A stretch of 64,000 bases of DNA, the filler included, from Basidiobolus ranarum (lineage: Eukaryota), in the NCBI GenBank assembly GCA_040143965.1. It is 19 parts of 19 records of this genome, joined end to end, with 100 filler letters (N's around TTAATTAATTAA, not from the genome) between each part and the next. Parts side by side here need not be neighbours in the genome. Positions count along the whole stretch, not along the records: positions 1 to 3,300 come from JASJQH010002582.1; positions 3,401 to 6,699 come from JASJQH010002583.1; positions 6,800 to 10,096 come from JASJQH010002584.1; positions 10,197 to 13,490 come from JASJQH010002585.1; 15 more parts are not named here. One strand, 5' to 3'. Positions 1 to 12,164 of this stretch are shown in pieces; positions within the stretch are counted from its first letter, which is position 1; each line of letters starts with the position of its first letter. The notes under the pieces were generated by a model, which did no database searches, was not told the DNA's origin, and saw only the letters and a list, made by a program, of their open reading frames with translations. The translations under genes were made by a program, and so were the position numbers.

Positions 1-1
1 T

Positions 2-508
2 CTTGATGACTCGTACCTATGTGGATATTTGCACATTCACGACTTGACCGAGGACTATCCCGAAATCACCACCTTCTTTGATGCCGAAATCATCGGACCC
101 AAATACTCTTTCTTGACTCGCAAATGGGATGTGGACGAGATGATTGATGAACAACATTGGGTAAGTGAATGAAAGAATTTCATTGAAATTGGATTAACCT
201 AATCAACATTCTAGATTAAATTCCCAGCCTTTAAACAATACTCTGGATCATTTAACCAAGATAATTTCAAGTACAACCTCAAGAATAACGATTTCATATT
301 TATGCGTTGGAAAGAGCAATTTTTGGTTCCCGATCATCGAGTTCATATGGTTAATGTAGCAAGCTTCGACGGGTTCTATTACATTTGCTTCCAACTCTCT
401 ACTGGCACCATTACTGGCTATTACTATCATCAAAATGCTGAACCGTTCCAACAATTGACACTGATGCACTTTTCCCAACGATCGACGTCATCATTTGAAT
501 TTCGTTAA
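2..508 (+). CDS. GID4: GID complex substrate receptor Gid4/Vid24, 3' part (exons 2-160 and 215-508)
   Basis: [27 protein letters not shown]...TRKWD...HW, GT-AG intron 161-214, then [13 protein letters not shown]...[11 protein letters not shown]...GYYYH...SSFEFR*, typical of the Vid24/GID4 family. Confidence 0.92.
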
Positions 509-1083
509 TGTTCCATTTCCATGTTGATGCTCTGTACTTTTATCTAACACATGTATAGCCCAGAAAGTATGTATACCAACCCTTTACAAGCCCTTATAGA
601 TCAATGAATGCATACTATCCCTTATAGACCAAAATAATTCTTAACCATCGGCAATTCTCTCTACTCCCTGTGATCTTTCTTCCATCTTTATCTAAACAAA
701 TCTGGTGGGAATGAACTCGATGTGAATTGCCATCATCCCACACATAACCAACATACTCCTTGAGTGAACAGTTAACCCTCCAGACTTAGAACCCCTCCAT
801 TGGTGGATAGAGTGTTAAACCCATTGATAATGGGCTCCCCCTTACCAAACACTCCGTGAGGTACCAAGCGCTTATATGCAAGCTAATGCTCCCGTAGGTC
901 TGGAATCACTGCCAACGTCATCAGCCTGGTGGCTGAGGAAGAAACCCGTTGTTTGATGAAGACATCTCTTATAGCAAAATAATTGATGATGAATCTAGGA
1001 TGCTTCACGTGAGCTGTAAGTACACGCTCAATGATTCCACATTAAAGTCTCACCATTGGGGGAATATCTCCAGCGCTTGAAAA

Positions 1084-1405
1084 TGTTGAAATATTTTGGG
1101 AGTTGTTGGAAGTGATTTGGAGAACTAGAAGAATTGGTGCTTTTCACTTATTGATTTATTGAGTAGAAAGTCGACATTTATAGTTTTATTAAGGAGTAAA
1201 TAAACAAAGTTGTACAATATGTTAAGGAAGATTCTAGGAACATGTATGCAAGGTCTGAGGCCTCTAGGACAAATTTTCGAAATCTATATATCTGAGAAGT
1301 AAATTCCGATTAAGAATACTAGGTGATATCTTAGTGAAATATAGAACAACTAAATAATAAGCTGCATATGACTATATAGATATTTAGGATATGTTAATTT
1401 CAACT
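1084..1405 (-). mobile_element. Solo Ty1/copia LTR (family A) with 5-bp target-site duplication GAAAA
   Basis: Diverged reverse complement of the LTRs at 39380-39727 and 42440-42744; GAAAA at 1079-1083 and 1406-1410. Confidence 0.8.
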
Positions 1406-3300
1406 GAAAATACCTCTCCGTGCTTTCTTCCATATATGCAACCTTCATTGGTATTCGTGTTTGTTGTCAGTCAATATTTGTTCCTAGAACAAGCTAATAT
1501 TAAACCATTCAGGTCTATCTTTGTTGCTCATAGTGGTCCAACCTTTTGTGCCTTACTTATAATATATATATATATAGGGTACAGACTGAAAAGTGGATGC
1601 ATCTTGTTTGCTGTAACTTTGAATGCTCCTGAAGTTGTACACCTCATTTCTATGAAAAAGATAAAATATGTGTTTGGGGCATAAAAGTATTTCTGTCAAG
1701 CATGTAGAAAAACTGAACTGATTCTAAGTGAAAAAATCATTCTTCACAAACATTACCATGCCGCATAAGCAAACAGGAACAGACACTTCTCAGTTATTGT
1801 AACACTCAAAACTTCGTGTTAAGCCTCTTCAAACATTTGAGTTCATCTGAAAATGCTAAATTTGCACTAAACCTCTTTGGGTATGAGAAATTGTCATTAC
1901 AACTTGGTACTAATTTACGCTGTAAACTACATCAGGCTTGGTAGGATTCAAGCTATACAACATAGGATAGCTCTCTATCCCCCAGCAGTATATCCACATC
2001 ACGAGTGATAGGGACCATCACATTTAATACGAATATTGATAAATGAGTATCACTTTCTAATGTAGACAATGTACAAACACTATCTCATATTTCCTGAAAA
2101 CTCTAAGCTGGGAACTAGAGTAGATATATAGGAAGTTGGTATATTTTTAACTGAATAACCATTGCACTCTAATTAAATCTCAAACAAAATTCGGACTTCA
2201 GATAAAGCAGAAGATTAACACATCTATACTTAGTTACCTGGGGATATTGAAGCTTGTTGTCATTACTTACGTATATCACCTGTTACACCAATCATATTTA
2301 GTTAAAATATACATATAAATAATGCAAAGGTTAACAAAGTAACAAACCATGATGCATCACTTTACTATGGAATGGACACTCAAATCTCATGCACGTCATT
2401 AATGCTCTTTTTAGCACAGGAATTGGTACCTTGGTCTTCGGCGAAGTCAAAATGAAGGCTTCAAATTCATCACAAATAACCACCTTAGCCTCGATTAGGA
2501 TGAACAACACATGTCATTGGTTGATAAGATCAGTCATTTGTGATGACGGTTATGTGACGTAAGTTAGGTTTGTAACCTTTAACTTTAGCGGAAACGTTAT
2601 GTACACAGTTCGATTCAGGTTAACTATCTAGGTTAGTGGGTCCTACCATCTAGGTTGGTGATTAGTGGATATTTCGATCTAGGTTGGCGTACATGGACAT
2701 ATATATCCTCACAGTTGGGCAGTTTGGCGGTTACAATCTACTTGGGCAATTCGTCAGTTATTTAACAAACCATATAACTTGGCCCTCCTCTTCCATTTGC
2801 TGAACTAAAACATCAACTTGGCAGGAACAAGACCAATGAGGGGAAGTTAGAATCTCAGAAACATTGGTACATTCTGCATGAATTCGACCGCAGAAATATC
2901 CCCAATGTTTACAGATTTTAACCATGATCAGAACATAACAATTAAACGAAGTACATGGATTCGTCAAGTCATAAATAACCAACAAATGGAATTTCTCTCT
3001 TGGACTATTCGAGATCACGGTCTTAGAGTTCTTTTCAGAAATACCGACTCTTCGAGAGATTCGCATAAGACCGGTGATTCCGTATAAAGTGCGGGGATTT
3101 CTCTATTTGAAATTCACAATTCTCTTGTTGGTATATCTCTCTTCATAATGCCAGTCACATCAGTACCTTTAGAAAGTAGCATCCAAAAACTCCGTCCAAA
3201 TGATGAGGGTCAGGATGCACAAAACGAGAAGTCTCCTATGCAACTTAATATCATGCGATTAACACCTACCGGGACCTACACGCTCTATTCTGGAAGTCAA

Positions 3301-3400
3301 NNNNNNNNNNNNNNNNNNNNNNNNNNNNNNNNNNNNNNNNNNNNTTAATTAATTAANNNNNNNNNNNNNNNNNNNNNNNNNNNNNNNNNNNNNNNNNNNN
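3301..3400. other. Artificial contig spacer N44-TTAATTAATTAA-N44. Recurs at 6700, 10097, 13491, 16881, 20270, 23659, 27045, 30431, 33814, 37195, 40575, 43950, 47325, 50699, 54071, 57442, 60813
   Basis: Identical 100-nt linker with six-frame stops; lengths of the flanked contigs decline from 3299 to 3271 bp. Confidence 0.98.
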
Positions 3401-4200
3401 ACTGGAACCCATCTTGCCAACAAGCATTTGTAACTTTAAAGAGTGCTTTTACCTCAGCACCAATCCTGGCACATCCCAAGCTAGACAAGCCATTTATTGT
3501 TAAAACTGATGCATCTAACTTTGCTCTAGGAGCAGTGCTATAACTGTTTGATGATGACAACCTACTGCACCCTGTTGCCTTTTACTCAAGAAAGCTCTCT
3601 GCAGCTGAAATCAACTATGATATCCATGATAAAGGACTATTAGCAATTATTGCTGCATTTGAACAATGGTGACAATACTTGAATGGAGCAAATCACAAAT
3701 CACAGTTTATTGTGATAACAATAATCTTCAGTATTTTAGTACAACCCAGTTCTCAACCATTGTCAAGCAAGGTGGTCATTATTTCTTGCCAGTTTTGATT
3801 TTGTGACTACAAATGAACCAGGTAGCCAGCAAGGAAAAGCTGAAGCCTTATCACGTAGAGCAGAATATCAGCCTAAAGAAGGGGATGAGGCCTTTGGCCA
3901 ACAAAATACTTCCTTACTGAAGCCCTACCAACTTCAAATTAGTGCAACTGCCCTTTCTCTGCCTAGTTCAAGCACATTCCATGAAGACATCCACAAATTT
4001 CAATCTGAAAACCCATTGGTAATATCAGTCAAGAAGGCCCAGGAAACAACTAAAGACCTCTCAAGCTTGAACTTGTACTGCCATTTCTCTATCATCAATG
4101 CTCTCTTGTTTTATAAGAAGCACATTTACATTCCAGACCATGCTTCCAGACTCCAAATCATTCAGGGAAGACATGACTCACCACTAGCAGGACACTTAAA
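3401..4200 (+). mobile_element. Degenerate Ty3/gypsy pol fragment (RNase H and integrase N-terminal Zn region)
   Basis: APILAHP...[56 protein letters not shown]; stops and frameshifts. Confidence 0.92.
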
Positions 4201-4389
4201 CCCCCCAAGGTTGGCTTCCCTCTTATTCCCCATCTTTCCCACGCTTCCCTGCTAAGGCAAAGGTATCTTCCACCGTTGGGTAATTGTTCTAAGTGCAGCC
4301 TTGTCAAGACACTACTGGTTGAGTTTACAGTTGTTTTTGATCAAAGAAGCTTTAGTACTTGATCAATATCAAAGAATGCTGATCTGGTG

Positions 4390-5310
4390 GGATTGATTGA
4401 GTTTCCATATGAGAATGGATGAGGAGAGCAGCATGTTGCTATACAACATCCCAATATTACTTACTGTGCCATATAGTGGAAAATTCAATGTGAATGAGCC
4501 GTTCAAGACAGGAACAAAGTTTGAATCAATTGGGTAAATGCTTGAAAGCATCAAAATGCTAGCATACTTTACCAAGACTCCCATCAATATCCACTCATCT
4601 AGGTGCTTATTCAAATTCAAAGACTGGAAGTATTGGATTTGTATTTATTCAAGTGGAATCTTGAAAATGATTTCTGCTTGATAAGTATTGGCAACATTGG
4701 GAGTTATTTGTTCATATTGTTAATATATTCTTATGGCATCAACTCACCTTGGCAGATCTCAGGCACATACAGCAACTGTGCAAAGATTTTGTAATTGGAT
4801 ATGAAAAACTTTATCACAGGTTTAAAGAAGATACACTGAATCTATGCCAGTTTTCAATACATTCCTGGCTGCATCTTTCAAGTGCTTAGAGATGTTAGGC
4901 CCTTGCCATACATTATAGGAGTTCCCAATTGAGCACACCTGCAGTAGAGTGATACTCCATGTGAAATTGTAGTATTACTGGATGCTAATCTGATTAAAAT
5001 TGTATCAGCAAAATAGTGATGGATGCAATATGATGGGTTAAAGAGACTCCAGAGTATATTAACCTTCCAACAAAGGGCTTTTTCAATGTGCTCACAGGAT
5101 TTTGCACTGTTTGAGCACAATAACATCAACAAAGCCCAATCTATGGACACAGAGTAAGTACCTCTAAAAATTGGTCTAATTAGTTTGTGTGATTATCCAA
5201 CAGTACTTCTACAAAAGCTGCAAGACAGACTTCTTGTTGAGATTGATTGAGATACACCGTAGTTGTTGTAGGGTGTATGCAGCAACTATAACTGCAATAT
5301 TCTAGGGGTT
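4390..5310 (+). mobile_element. Degenerate CACTA/CMC (EnSpm-like) transposase C-terminal region
   Basis: KFKDWKYWIC.YS, YWQHWELFV, DFVIGYEKLY, IHSWLHL...GP...FP; homologous to 45382-46860 (minus). Confidence 0.75.
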
Positions 5311-5834
5311 TTGTGAAGTTTTCAAAGGGTGCATAACCATGGTTGAATAACTCTATGATGTGCTGTAATATAGGTCTGTCTTTTGCCTCTTGGGTCTATG
5401 TGAGAGGGAATCAAGCCTCTAGAAATGTCCAAGGACTGATAAACCACAATGCAATGTCCAGCTTTCTGTTGAATAATATGCAGGTGCCTGACAACAGAAT
5501 ATACTGGCTTCAAAGTCCTCTGAGAATGATCAGAAAAAAAGGGCATATCCAATCAAAAACAACTGTAAACTCAGCTAGCAAGGTCTTGAACAAGGATGCG
5601 CTAGTAGTGAATTATGCCAGGATATGAAAAGTTCCTTGCCTATGCAGAAGAAACTAGGGAAAAAATAGAAAGTATCAGAAATATAACACCTGCTTGTCAG
5701 TACTTCCTTTGAGCCAGTCAAGTTCTATCTAGTCACACAGTAGCCTGTAACTGCCACTAGTAGTCACTCTTGAGCTTCCTATGCCAAGGTCTTGTAAGTG
5801 GTGACAAAAATAAGTGGTGATCGCAAGTAGTAAA

Positions 5835-6316
5835 TGTTAGTTGAAAACGAATATGATTATTATTTGAAATGACATGGCTCCTGTTTATACTTTTCTGAAG
5901 GTAGATACGATTACTGACAAAAATTTCTGCATAGTTCCAGAGAATTCTATTGGTGGGGATCTGGGGTTATGATATCATCATAAATCATAAGATCAGTAAT
6001 CCATGGAATATTCAGGAAGGTTGTGGAATGATGCAGAAAGTCATGGAATGTTCCAGCAAAATTAAGTTTTGATTGGTCAAAACTCAATCAATCATCAAAT
6101 ATTACAAGAAATTTTGTGGAATGTTCTAGAAGATTGTAGAATTTTCCAGAAAACAATAGGGCTAACATAAGTTAATATTGATAAATCTGAAAAATAGGGG
6201 ATAATACCAATGGTATGATCTGATTGGCTAGAAAATATGGGTAAGTCAAATATGGATAATAAAATAGAAATTGTGCAATAGTAATGATATGAGCTAGGAG
6301 TAGAAATATTTTAACA
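5835..6316. repeat. Possible solo LTR of another family (TGTTAG...TTAACA)
   Basis: TG...CA inverted termini, non-coding, CpG-poor; no TSD and no second copy seen. Confidence 0.3.
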
Positions 6317-6329
6317 TGTATGAATATCA

Positions 6330-6572
6330 TCAATATACTGTCAAAAGGCCACTGTCACACCATCAAAATCTCTGGCAGAATGAAAGCCAACAATATTGTG
6401 ATGGTTCTCTGATGGTCTTGCAATTTCTAAGGGTGGATCCATTCCAGATCAAAGTGATCTTATTTTTGGTAGGGGAATGAGCCATTTGAGTCAGGATCAA
6501 AGTTTGTATCAATTGGGAAAATGCTTGAAAACATCAAGACATTATCATATTCTACTCAGACTCCCATGAATA
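6330..6572 (+). mobile_element. CACTA right terminus (...ATTTTTGGTAGGG at ~6474) followed by a short transposase fragment (GSKFVSIGKMLENIK)
   Basis: Similar to 40700-40809 and to the reverse complement of 45382-45510. Confidence 0.65.
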
Positions 6573-6699
6573 TGTTGAAATTAGGTAGATAGCAACTCAT
6601 TATTTAGTAGTTAGTTTATTCATATTCTGATTATTTAGCACTCAATTCTGTTATTCAAAAACGTGTGTTTATTGCTCTAATTGATAGAAATATCAATCA
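6573..6699 (+). mobile_element. Copia LTR family B, 5' part (cut by contig end)
   Basis: TGTTGAAATTAGGT..., nearly identical to 63693-63820 and similar to the reverse complement of 21310-21446. Confidence 0.8.
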
Positions 6700-6799
6700 N
6701 NNNNNNNNNNNNNNNNNNNNNNNNNNNNNNNNNNNNNNNNNNNTTAATTAATTAANNNNNNNNNNNNNNNNNNNNNNNNNNNNNNNNNNNNNNNNNNNN

Positions 6800-7077
6800 T
6801 TGTATATTTTTTTGCAGACTTTTGAAGGCATGAAGCTAAAGAATTCTCTCCAAAGCAGAGTCAAAAGTTGCTTCCACTTTTGTCTAAAGCCCCCTTCCCC
6901 AGCTTCTGTCAAGTTTATCAATAACTCCCATATATCCAAGCAAGAATTCATGGTGGATACCTGGGCATCTGTAGAATCATTAGGCATGCACTGTGGATCA
7001 TATAAGTTCCATGTTTCATTGAGCAAGAGCTCTGCAAATTTTGTAACATTGCAATCTGAAAATACTTTGAAATGCAT
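6800..7077 (-). CDS. Hypothetical intronless ORF directly downstream of the primase pseudogene (cut by contig end)
   Basis: Open ~92 codons (MHFKVFSDCN...) starting ~33 bp after the primase stop; no recognisable motif. Confidence 0.3.
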
Positions 7078-7110
7078 GATATCTACAAAAAATTTTAGAA
7101 ATGACTTGCA

Positions 7111-7955
7111 TTATTTTTCATATAAGAATCAAAAACACATGTACATATTCTTATAAAAATATTTATTTTCTCAATAATAGATTCAGTTACACAATTTGCA
7201 ATAACTAGGATAAATTCAATCTAATAGTATTAAGTCTCCCTGTTTACACCTTGTTTTAAATCCACTTGGAATTGATATCTGATCTAGATAAGTTTTATTT
7301 TTAGGAGGCATTGGAAGATTACTTTTCAACTCTATTAAATGTGAATTGTCATATACTCTAACCATTCCTAAGATTATTGATGTACCAATAGAGCTTAAAC
7401 CTATTCAATATTTCCATCTATGTTCTCCAATTTTTTACTGCCTTCAAGCCTAAACAATTGGACTCTTTTGTACACAGACTGATCTAGATAATTAGTCCAT
7501 GAAGTTTTACCATGCTTACAGAGTTTCTGCATGAATACTTCTACTGGCATAATGCTTTTGAAAAAATGGGATGATATAATTATATGGTATGAACTTTTAT
7601 TTAATCCAGTACTATTTCCACAAATATCATAAACATTCATATTTGGAGCATCAAAAGAATTTCTCAAAAAAAAGCATTGTAAATTTGATACAGCATCTTG
7701 GATATTAGCTGGTCCATCTAAATCTATCTTTAGTTTTAGTATATCATTCAAAAAAATAACTTTGTAAAATACTTGGTATGCTGCAGTTAAAACAGTAAAC
7801 CACTTTTCAATATCTGTATACTTGTCAAATCTTGTGTACATTTTACATCCAGAATGTTGAAGAAATACATCATCTGGTGTATGAACATTGGCAACTTTCT
7901 TGTAAAATTTTTTCCAGATATCCATATCATCACTTTTAAAAAAATATAATCTCAC
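7111..7955 (-). pseudogene. AEP-superfamily primase (NCLDV/herpes/PrimPol clade) with C-terminal Zn finger, pseudogenised
   Basis: Motif I FYKVI...KLKIDLD, motif II KSSYHIII, motif III LDQSVYKRVQLFRLEGSKK. After a 1-nt frameshift near 7432: IGEHRWKY*...LLD*IYPSYCKLCN*IYY*ENKY...MCF*FLYEK, where the TGAs read sensibly as CGA (Arg). Confidence 0.8.
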
Positions 7956-8559
7956 ATAACATACCGAAATTCTAATTTTTTTGCCATATTTATGACATAT
8001 TTTTCATATCCTATTATCTCTAGTAAACCATTGAGTTGGGATGCTACTTGATGTTTAATATTATACAAATAACCTATTGGCAAATTATCAAATATAACTT
8101 CAGGCAAAGTATACATTTTTCCCCCTGTTTTTTTCCTTTTGCAACAAATAACTATTTAATACAAAAACCCAGTAAAACAATGCAATTGATAATGAATAAT
8201 AAATGCAAATAGAAATTTTATTATACTGAATGTAGGGAATTTTACCATGATAATTGGAATTCTTAGATAAATAACTCACACACATCAGATCAATCAGTAT
8301 TGTGCCAGCTCAATACAAGATTAATATCATGTTCTCCATCTACTCTAAATGCTCATTCCTCATTAATCCAAAAACTACTACTGGCTTTCCTATAACCACC
8401 CTAGAGGCCATATTTGAGGAATACTGTGGCTCATAAACTCCAATACCTACCAGAAAGCAGCTAGTCAATTTGTTTTGTTACTACAAAAACTATTGTCCAA
8501 TCTGATTTCAGTGCACTATTAATGGTAGCAAAAGTGGGAGAAGCTTCCATATCAGGCTT

Positions 8560-8945
8560 CAAGTAAGTGAGAATTATTTGATTACAGTGATGAATGATGT
8601 TGAAGGTGCCCAGGACAAAAGATTTAGAGACACTAATTTCCTTCCATTTCCTAGAGTATTTCCCAATAGAGTTCATGTCAGAAGTAATCTTGACACATTT
8701 CCTGTGAGAATTAACAGGCACAAAAGCAACCAAAAGCTATTATATTCAGGCTAGTACAAAGCCCACTGTGTAAAGTTCCAGGCCTTGACAGATTTGGAAG
8801 GAAACATCATTTGGTTTCATGGGCCACATCTAGGGAGACACCATAGCAACAGGGTTGAGGTTAAGAGGCATGCACCAATTGTAAGATATGAGAAGACTAT
8901 GGATGATTTGGCATATATTGGGGAAGAATGCAGAAGGCTAGGATG
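8560..8945 (+). mobile_element. Degenerate DDE_Tnp_4-type (PIF/Harbinger/ISL2EU, IS5-like) transposase fragment
   Basis: LDTFPVRI...QKLLYSG*YKAHCVKFQALTDLEGNIIWFHGPHLGRHH ... EKTMDDLAYIG. Confidence 0.7.
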
Positions 8946-10096
8946 TGTCATATATTGGGAAAACATGGGCTGTTTAGAGGAACTTTAGAAAAGTGGTGTT
9001 ACAAATAGCTTTGTGAGATAATTATTTATTGTCCAGAAATAAAGTATTTATACACTTTGGTAGAAATACAGAAAACTAACACTGGGCTTGTGTTCAGAAC
9101 ATCTGTGAGAGTAGAATGGGCCATTTTTGGGGCAATTTGGGCAAGTTTGAAATCTTTAATATGGAATTGCTAATTCTCATATTATTCACATATATTTATA
9201 ATATATGTTCCTATTTTCAGTTAACTGATGTTTGACTAAGTAGTGCTACCTACTTATATGTGACATATGAGATAGTTAGGTGTATCAAGATAGGGATAAC
9301 AAATATGATAAGACAATAAACTTCAACACTCCCACTCAACTAAGTATTCATGTATCTTTAACCTAACTTCAATCTTAATACTTCAAATTTTGGTTTAGGT
9401 AATGGTTTGGTAAGGATTTCAGCAATCTTATCCTCAGCTGGACAGTACTCTAGTTGGACATGCTTATTCTCAATAGCTTCCCTAACAAAGTGATGTTGCA
9501 TGTCAATGTGCTTACTTCTAGCACAAAATTTGGGATTTTTAGCTAAAGAAATACCAATTTGATTATTCTTGAAAATTATTGTAGGTGAACTTTGAGAAAT
9601 GCCCAAGTCTTTGAACAGTTTCCTTAGCCACATAGCCCCCTTTGTTGCATGAGATGCTGATATGTACTCTGCTTCATTTGTTGAAAGTACTATGGTGGGT
9701 TGTTTCTTGCTATTCCAAGATATGACTGCTTCACTATAGAGAAAGATATACCCAGTGATAAATCTTCTGTCCTCAATATCATGTCCCCAATTTGTATCAC
9801 TAAACCTGATGCAATCCTTATTCTCATAAGAATATGTGTATCTTAATCCTAGATCAATTGTCTCTTCAAATATCTGAAAATTGGCTTAAATGCTGCATAA
9901 TGCTTAGATCCTAGGTTTTGCACATGTTGTCTGACTACTACCATGGCAAAAGAGAAATCTGGCCAGGTTCCAGGCATAGTATGGATCAAACTACCTATCA
10001 TAGACTGATAAGGGAACTCAGGGCTTTCAAATGACATATTTTGAGCCATATTTGGCCAATTTTCATCATTTTTGATGGGATTTTTGACTAATTTCA
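8946..10096 (-). mobile_element. Ty1/copia 3' end: RT C-terminus, RNase H, PPT and 3' LTR (~8946-9328)
   Basis: FPYQSMIGSL, SWNSKKQPTI.LST.EAEYI, WLRKL, RSKHIDMQHHFVRE, ILTKPL; PPT GTTGAGTGGGAG followed by TGTTGAAG. Confidence 0.92.
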
Positions 10097-10676
10097 NNNN
10101 NNNNNNNNNNNNNNNNNNNNNNNNNNNNNNNNNNNNNNNNTTAATTAATTAANNNNNNNNNNNNNNNNNNNNNNNNNNNNNNNNNNNNNNNNNNNNGCAT
10201 GCTATGAGGATTGAAAGAATTCTTCATACTAGCTCACCGGCCACAGCTGCTTACTCCCCCAGAGGACTGACTACAGGAGCATATCATATGGCTCTTGAAA
10301 TTCATGCCTAACCTGCGGCTTGGTTCAACTCTGTTTCTACAGAGCCACCTTTGTTACCTTACTGTGTGTGTGTCAGCTCAGTTGTCAGGCGAATCATACG
10401 CTGCTGTACCGCGTAACATCGCTTGTGTCGATTTTCGCGACTCGTTTCATTATTAAAAAGAATCCAGCATTAGAAACTTCCCTCTCTTACACCTCGATGC
10501 TAATGAATGTGGCTGCATCATTTAATTAGTATGATTTATTCATGTCCAACCGCAGCACAATGTATATGAAAATGGTGGCCGAGGAAAGACTTAATGTTTA
10601 CGATAGGAATATTGTGAGAATGTAAATGGTAGTAAATGATAATCAAACGGTGATTCTGGATGAACACCAGGAGAGA

Positions 10677-12164
10677 TCAAATCTGGACAGAAGTGCTCGC
10701 GCCACGTTCACTTAAGCCACCATAGCTCCGAACTTTAGCCAGTAAAGCTTTATTTTCAGGCTCCGAAGACCTGGCTTTGGAGGTAGGGAAAATGTTTTTG
10801 AATAGTGTCCAACCAGAATTTGAACCTTTGCCAGCATTATAGATACGATCTAGTCGTAGACGATGATTTGAATCCAAGCATATCACTATACACGTCTACA
10901 TGATTTAAAGCAACAGTTAGCTCCCTTGTGTGTTCTTCACAATCAAAATCTAAAATACTCAAGCCATACTAAAACAGCACCCAAAGTCCCGAGTGAGGTG
11001 GATGCGGCAATCATGAACATTATGATTTGCTGATATTTGACAGCATCCATTACTGGAGCACCTCCAAGAATTTGTCCAGTCATCATTCCTAGAAACTCTC
11101 GGTCAGACGTTAGGAAAAGCACTGGAACTTACGGCCTACACTAACCTGGAATGGAGATCAACCCCATAACACTATAAATGATAGACTTCTTATTAATCTT
11201 GTTTTCTACACTTCGAACCAGCTACAATGCTCAATAAATCTAAAAGGATATTTACCTCATAGAGTTTATAGTTGGTAACATGGCCACTCTAATGGCTTCA
11301 ACAGCAACAGGTCGACCAGCCTCCCATCTTGTGGCACCAAGTCCTAAAGTCATCTCCAGACGCTCCTTATTATCACTGTAGGAAGGAGTAAACATGAGTA
11401 TACACGGAAAGTCGATCTTCTTGCATGATACTCACCAGAACTGAGTCAAGCACGAGCTTATTCCAAGTGCCATCCCAGTCATACAGTTCCCAAGAAGCAT
11501 TCCGAGAGTAGGAATAAATTTATGAGCGGTCCAAACAGGAGAGACATTCATTGCAAAAGCATTACCTAAGTATCATACATGGTTATATAAACGATATTCT
11601 TCTTTCAAGGTATAATGAGAAATCTACCAATTAGACCGATAAGAAGGGTACTTGAGAACATCGATACAAGAACTGATAAAAACTTGAAGAGTATCAAAGA
11701 ACCGTTTCCATAAATTATAGACGAAATCATTAAAAGGTTGTACCATCCCTGTATGTCTTCTTTTACTTTTGTTAAACGTAGTCTCGTATGCACCTAACAA
11801 CACGAGAACAGCTAGAAGTATAACGTAAGAAATTAGATGTATTCAGGAATTGAGAAATACATGTATATATACGTACTGGCCATCCCAAAAATTACAAACG
11901 GATTTCGAGTTTTGAATACATCCTCAAGTACCATTCCCATCAAAGTTAATTGCACAATGGAGCGTGTACCACTAATAATAAGCGACCATTCCAGATTTAG
12001 GCCCATGTATATTGAGATAATACCTATTAGTAACAAAAAGGTCATTAAGTAACAAAAAAGATATTCTCTTCATGGTTTTCGGTACCATTAATTAATAACA
12101 ATGCAGCGGCAATAGCAACATTAGACCAAGCCAAAGGCTCTTCGGGTTGTGGGCCAGCTTCCAT
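10677..12164 (-). CDS. UPF0014 family membrane protein (FetB/YbbM/STAR2-like permease), multi-exon
   Basis: LAWSNVAIAAALLLIN, RSIVQLTLMGMVL, FIPTLGMLLGNCM, LGATRWEA...AMLPTINSM, GLISIPGMMTGQILGGAP..AVKYQ.IIMF; GT-AG introns. Confidence 0.88.

Noticed and set aside
620-1080. Coding-like minus-strand sequence between GID4 and the solo LTR
   Set aside because: Stops in all frames and no recognisable motif; cannot be assigned.
2571-2735. TGTAACC...GGTTACA-bounded 165-bp segment with CTAGGTT repeats as a solo LTR or MITE
   Set aside because: No target-site duplication and no second copy in the window; support is insufficient.
7111-7410. In-frame TGA codons as a sign of an alternative genetic code (TGA=Trp or Sec)
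   Set aside because: They fall where Arg is expected, alongside a frameshift and CpG depletion, so CGA>TGA deamination explains them better.
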